A DNA stretch of 63,096 nucleotides, filler included, from Octopus bimaculoides (Eukaryota), in assembly GCF_001194135.2 (NCBI RefSeq). It is 4 parts of 4 records of this genome, joined end to end, with 100 filler letters (N's around TTAATTAATTAA, not from the genome) between each part and the next. Parts side by side here need not be neighbours in the genome. Positions count along the whole stretch, not along the records: positions 60,913 to 63,096 come from NC_068991.1; 3 more parts are not named here. One strand, written 5' to 3'. Of this stretch, positions 61,724 to 63,096 are shown piece by piece (positions within the stretch are counted from its first letter, which is position 1; each line of letters begins with the position of its first letter). The translations under genes and the position numbers were made by a program. The notes beneath the pieces were generated by a model. The model had not been told where the DNA came from, did no database searches, and saw nothing but the letters and a program-made list of their open reading frames with translations.

Positions 61724-61929
61724 ACTGATCTGATATCTGTACTGCTGATTATATGCGCGTGTCACTTATGCCTGTGTTATTATTATTATGTCTGTCTGCT
61801 TGTGTCTAAATGTGTGTTTGTGTGTGCGTCACTTGTTTTTGTTACCAGTTTTGTGTCGGCGTATGTTGTTCGTTGTGATTGTGTGTCTTGTTATGCATGA
61901 ATGTTTGAGTCGTATGTCTACTTTACTAG

Positions 61930-61988
<59 letters not shown>

Positions 61989-62204
61989 TGTGTTTGTGTT
62001 TGTAGTTATGTTTGAGTGCGCCACTTATGGTATATGCATTACTAGTTATGTGTTTGTGTGTGCGCGTGTGTGTGACTCGTGTCTGCGTTACTAGCTAGTG
62101 TGTGCCATGTGTCTGTGTTACTAGTCATGTGTGTGTATGTCACTTATAATTCTGCGTTACCAGTTATGTGTGGTGTGTTTGTGGCATATGTCTGCGTTAC
62201 TAGT

Positions 62205-62242
<38 letters not shown>

Positions 62243-62600
62243 TTACAAGTCATGTGTGTGTATGTCACTTATGTGTCTGCGTTACCTGTTATGTGTGGTG
62301 TGTTTGTGTGTCACATGTCTACGTTACTAGTTATGTTTGTATGTATGTCTCGTGTCTGCGTTACTAATGATTGTGTGTCATGTGTCTGTGTTACTAGTTC
62401 TCTGTGTCACTTATGGGACTGCATTAATAGTTATATGTGTGTGTATGTGTGTGACTCGTGTCTACGTATGTGTGTGTGTGTATCACTTACGGGTTTGCAT
62501 TACTAGTTATGTTTGCGTGTGTGTCTATGTTACTAGTTATATATGTGCGTGTGTTACTATTTGTGTATTTGTCACTTTTGTGTAGGTCATGGTGGATTTG
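61230..62600. repeat. Degenerate (GT)n-derived compound/higher-order repeat
   Basis: (GT)n runs interleaved with recurring GTCTGCGTTACTAGTTAT and TGTCACTTAT motifs. Confidence 0.8.
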
Positions 62601-62840
62601 TTTTACGAATATTATTGAAGAAGCATATGTCACTAGTTATCTTCTATCTTTTATTCAGTCATTGGACTGTGACCATGCTACGGCACCACCTTGGAGGATA
62701 TTTAGCTGAACAAATCGATCATGGTTCTTATTTTATCAGTCTCTTTTTGCCGAACCGCTAACAAGACGCAAAAAACTAATACCGGTTGTCAAGCAGTGGT
62801 GAGAGGAGAAACACACACATTGGTGCATACACAAACATTA

Positions 62841-62871
<31 letters not shown>

Positions 62872-63048
62872 TACGAATTACACAAACACAAACACACACA
62901 TAATATCACACACATTATCCCTCCCGCACATACATACACACTCCCCTGTCCCCAAAATACCACTTTATTTATCTGTTTCTACTTCCGGTCACTTCAGCAA
63001 TGCCAGTGCATGTGTGCCGTTGGCGATTTCTTCTTCTTCTTCTTCTTC

Positions 63049-63096
63049 TTCTTCTTCTTCTTCTTCTTCTTCTTCTTCTTCTTCTTCTTCTTCTTT
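63049..63096. repeat. (TTC)n microsatellite
   Basis: Pure TTC run to the window end. Confidence 0.95.

Overview
This is AT-rich eukaryotic animal DNA, not prokaryotic. It is dense in microsatellites, tRNA-headed SINEs and decayed transposons, and has many N gaps. The repeat landscape resembles an octopus/cephalopod draft assembly (inference; not checked by search). The only host gene I can support is an internal 8-exon, 294-codon piece of an SLC7 L-type amino-acid transporter light chain (LAT1/LAT2-like) on the + strand, 23096-38606. All its junctions are GT-AG and the frame is open throughout. I could not find its N- or C-terminal exons. Three artificial 100-bp spacers (N44-TTAATTAATTAA-N44) split the window into four joined segments. 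The segment holding the gene (22590-45282) is visibly CpG-depleted, while its neighbours are not. Recognisable element remnants include Penelope-like, RTE and R4/Dong-like LINEs, Gypsy pol, Tigger, mariner, DD37D maT, Helitron and two MITEs. The most interesting observations are four hammerhead-ribozyme-like motifs in short repeats, a 29-bp minisatellite born from a Penelope RT coding motif, and unusual bulky residues in the transporter's substrate pocket. No CRISPR, rRNA or true tRNA gene is supported. All family assignments come from motif recall, not database searches.
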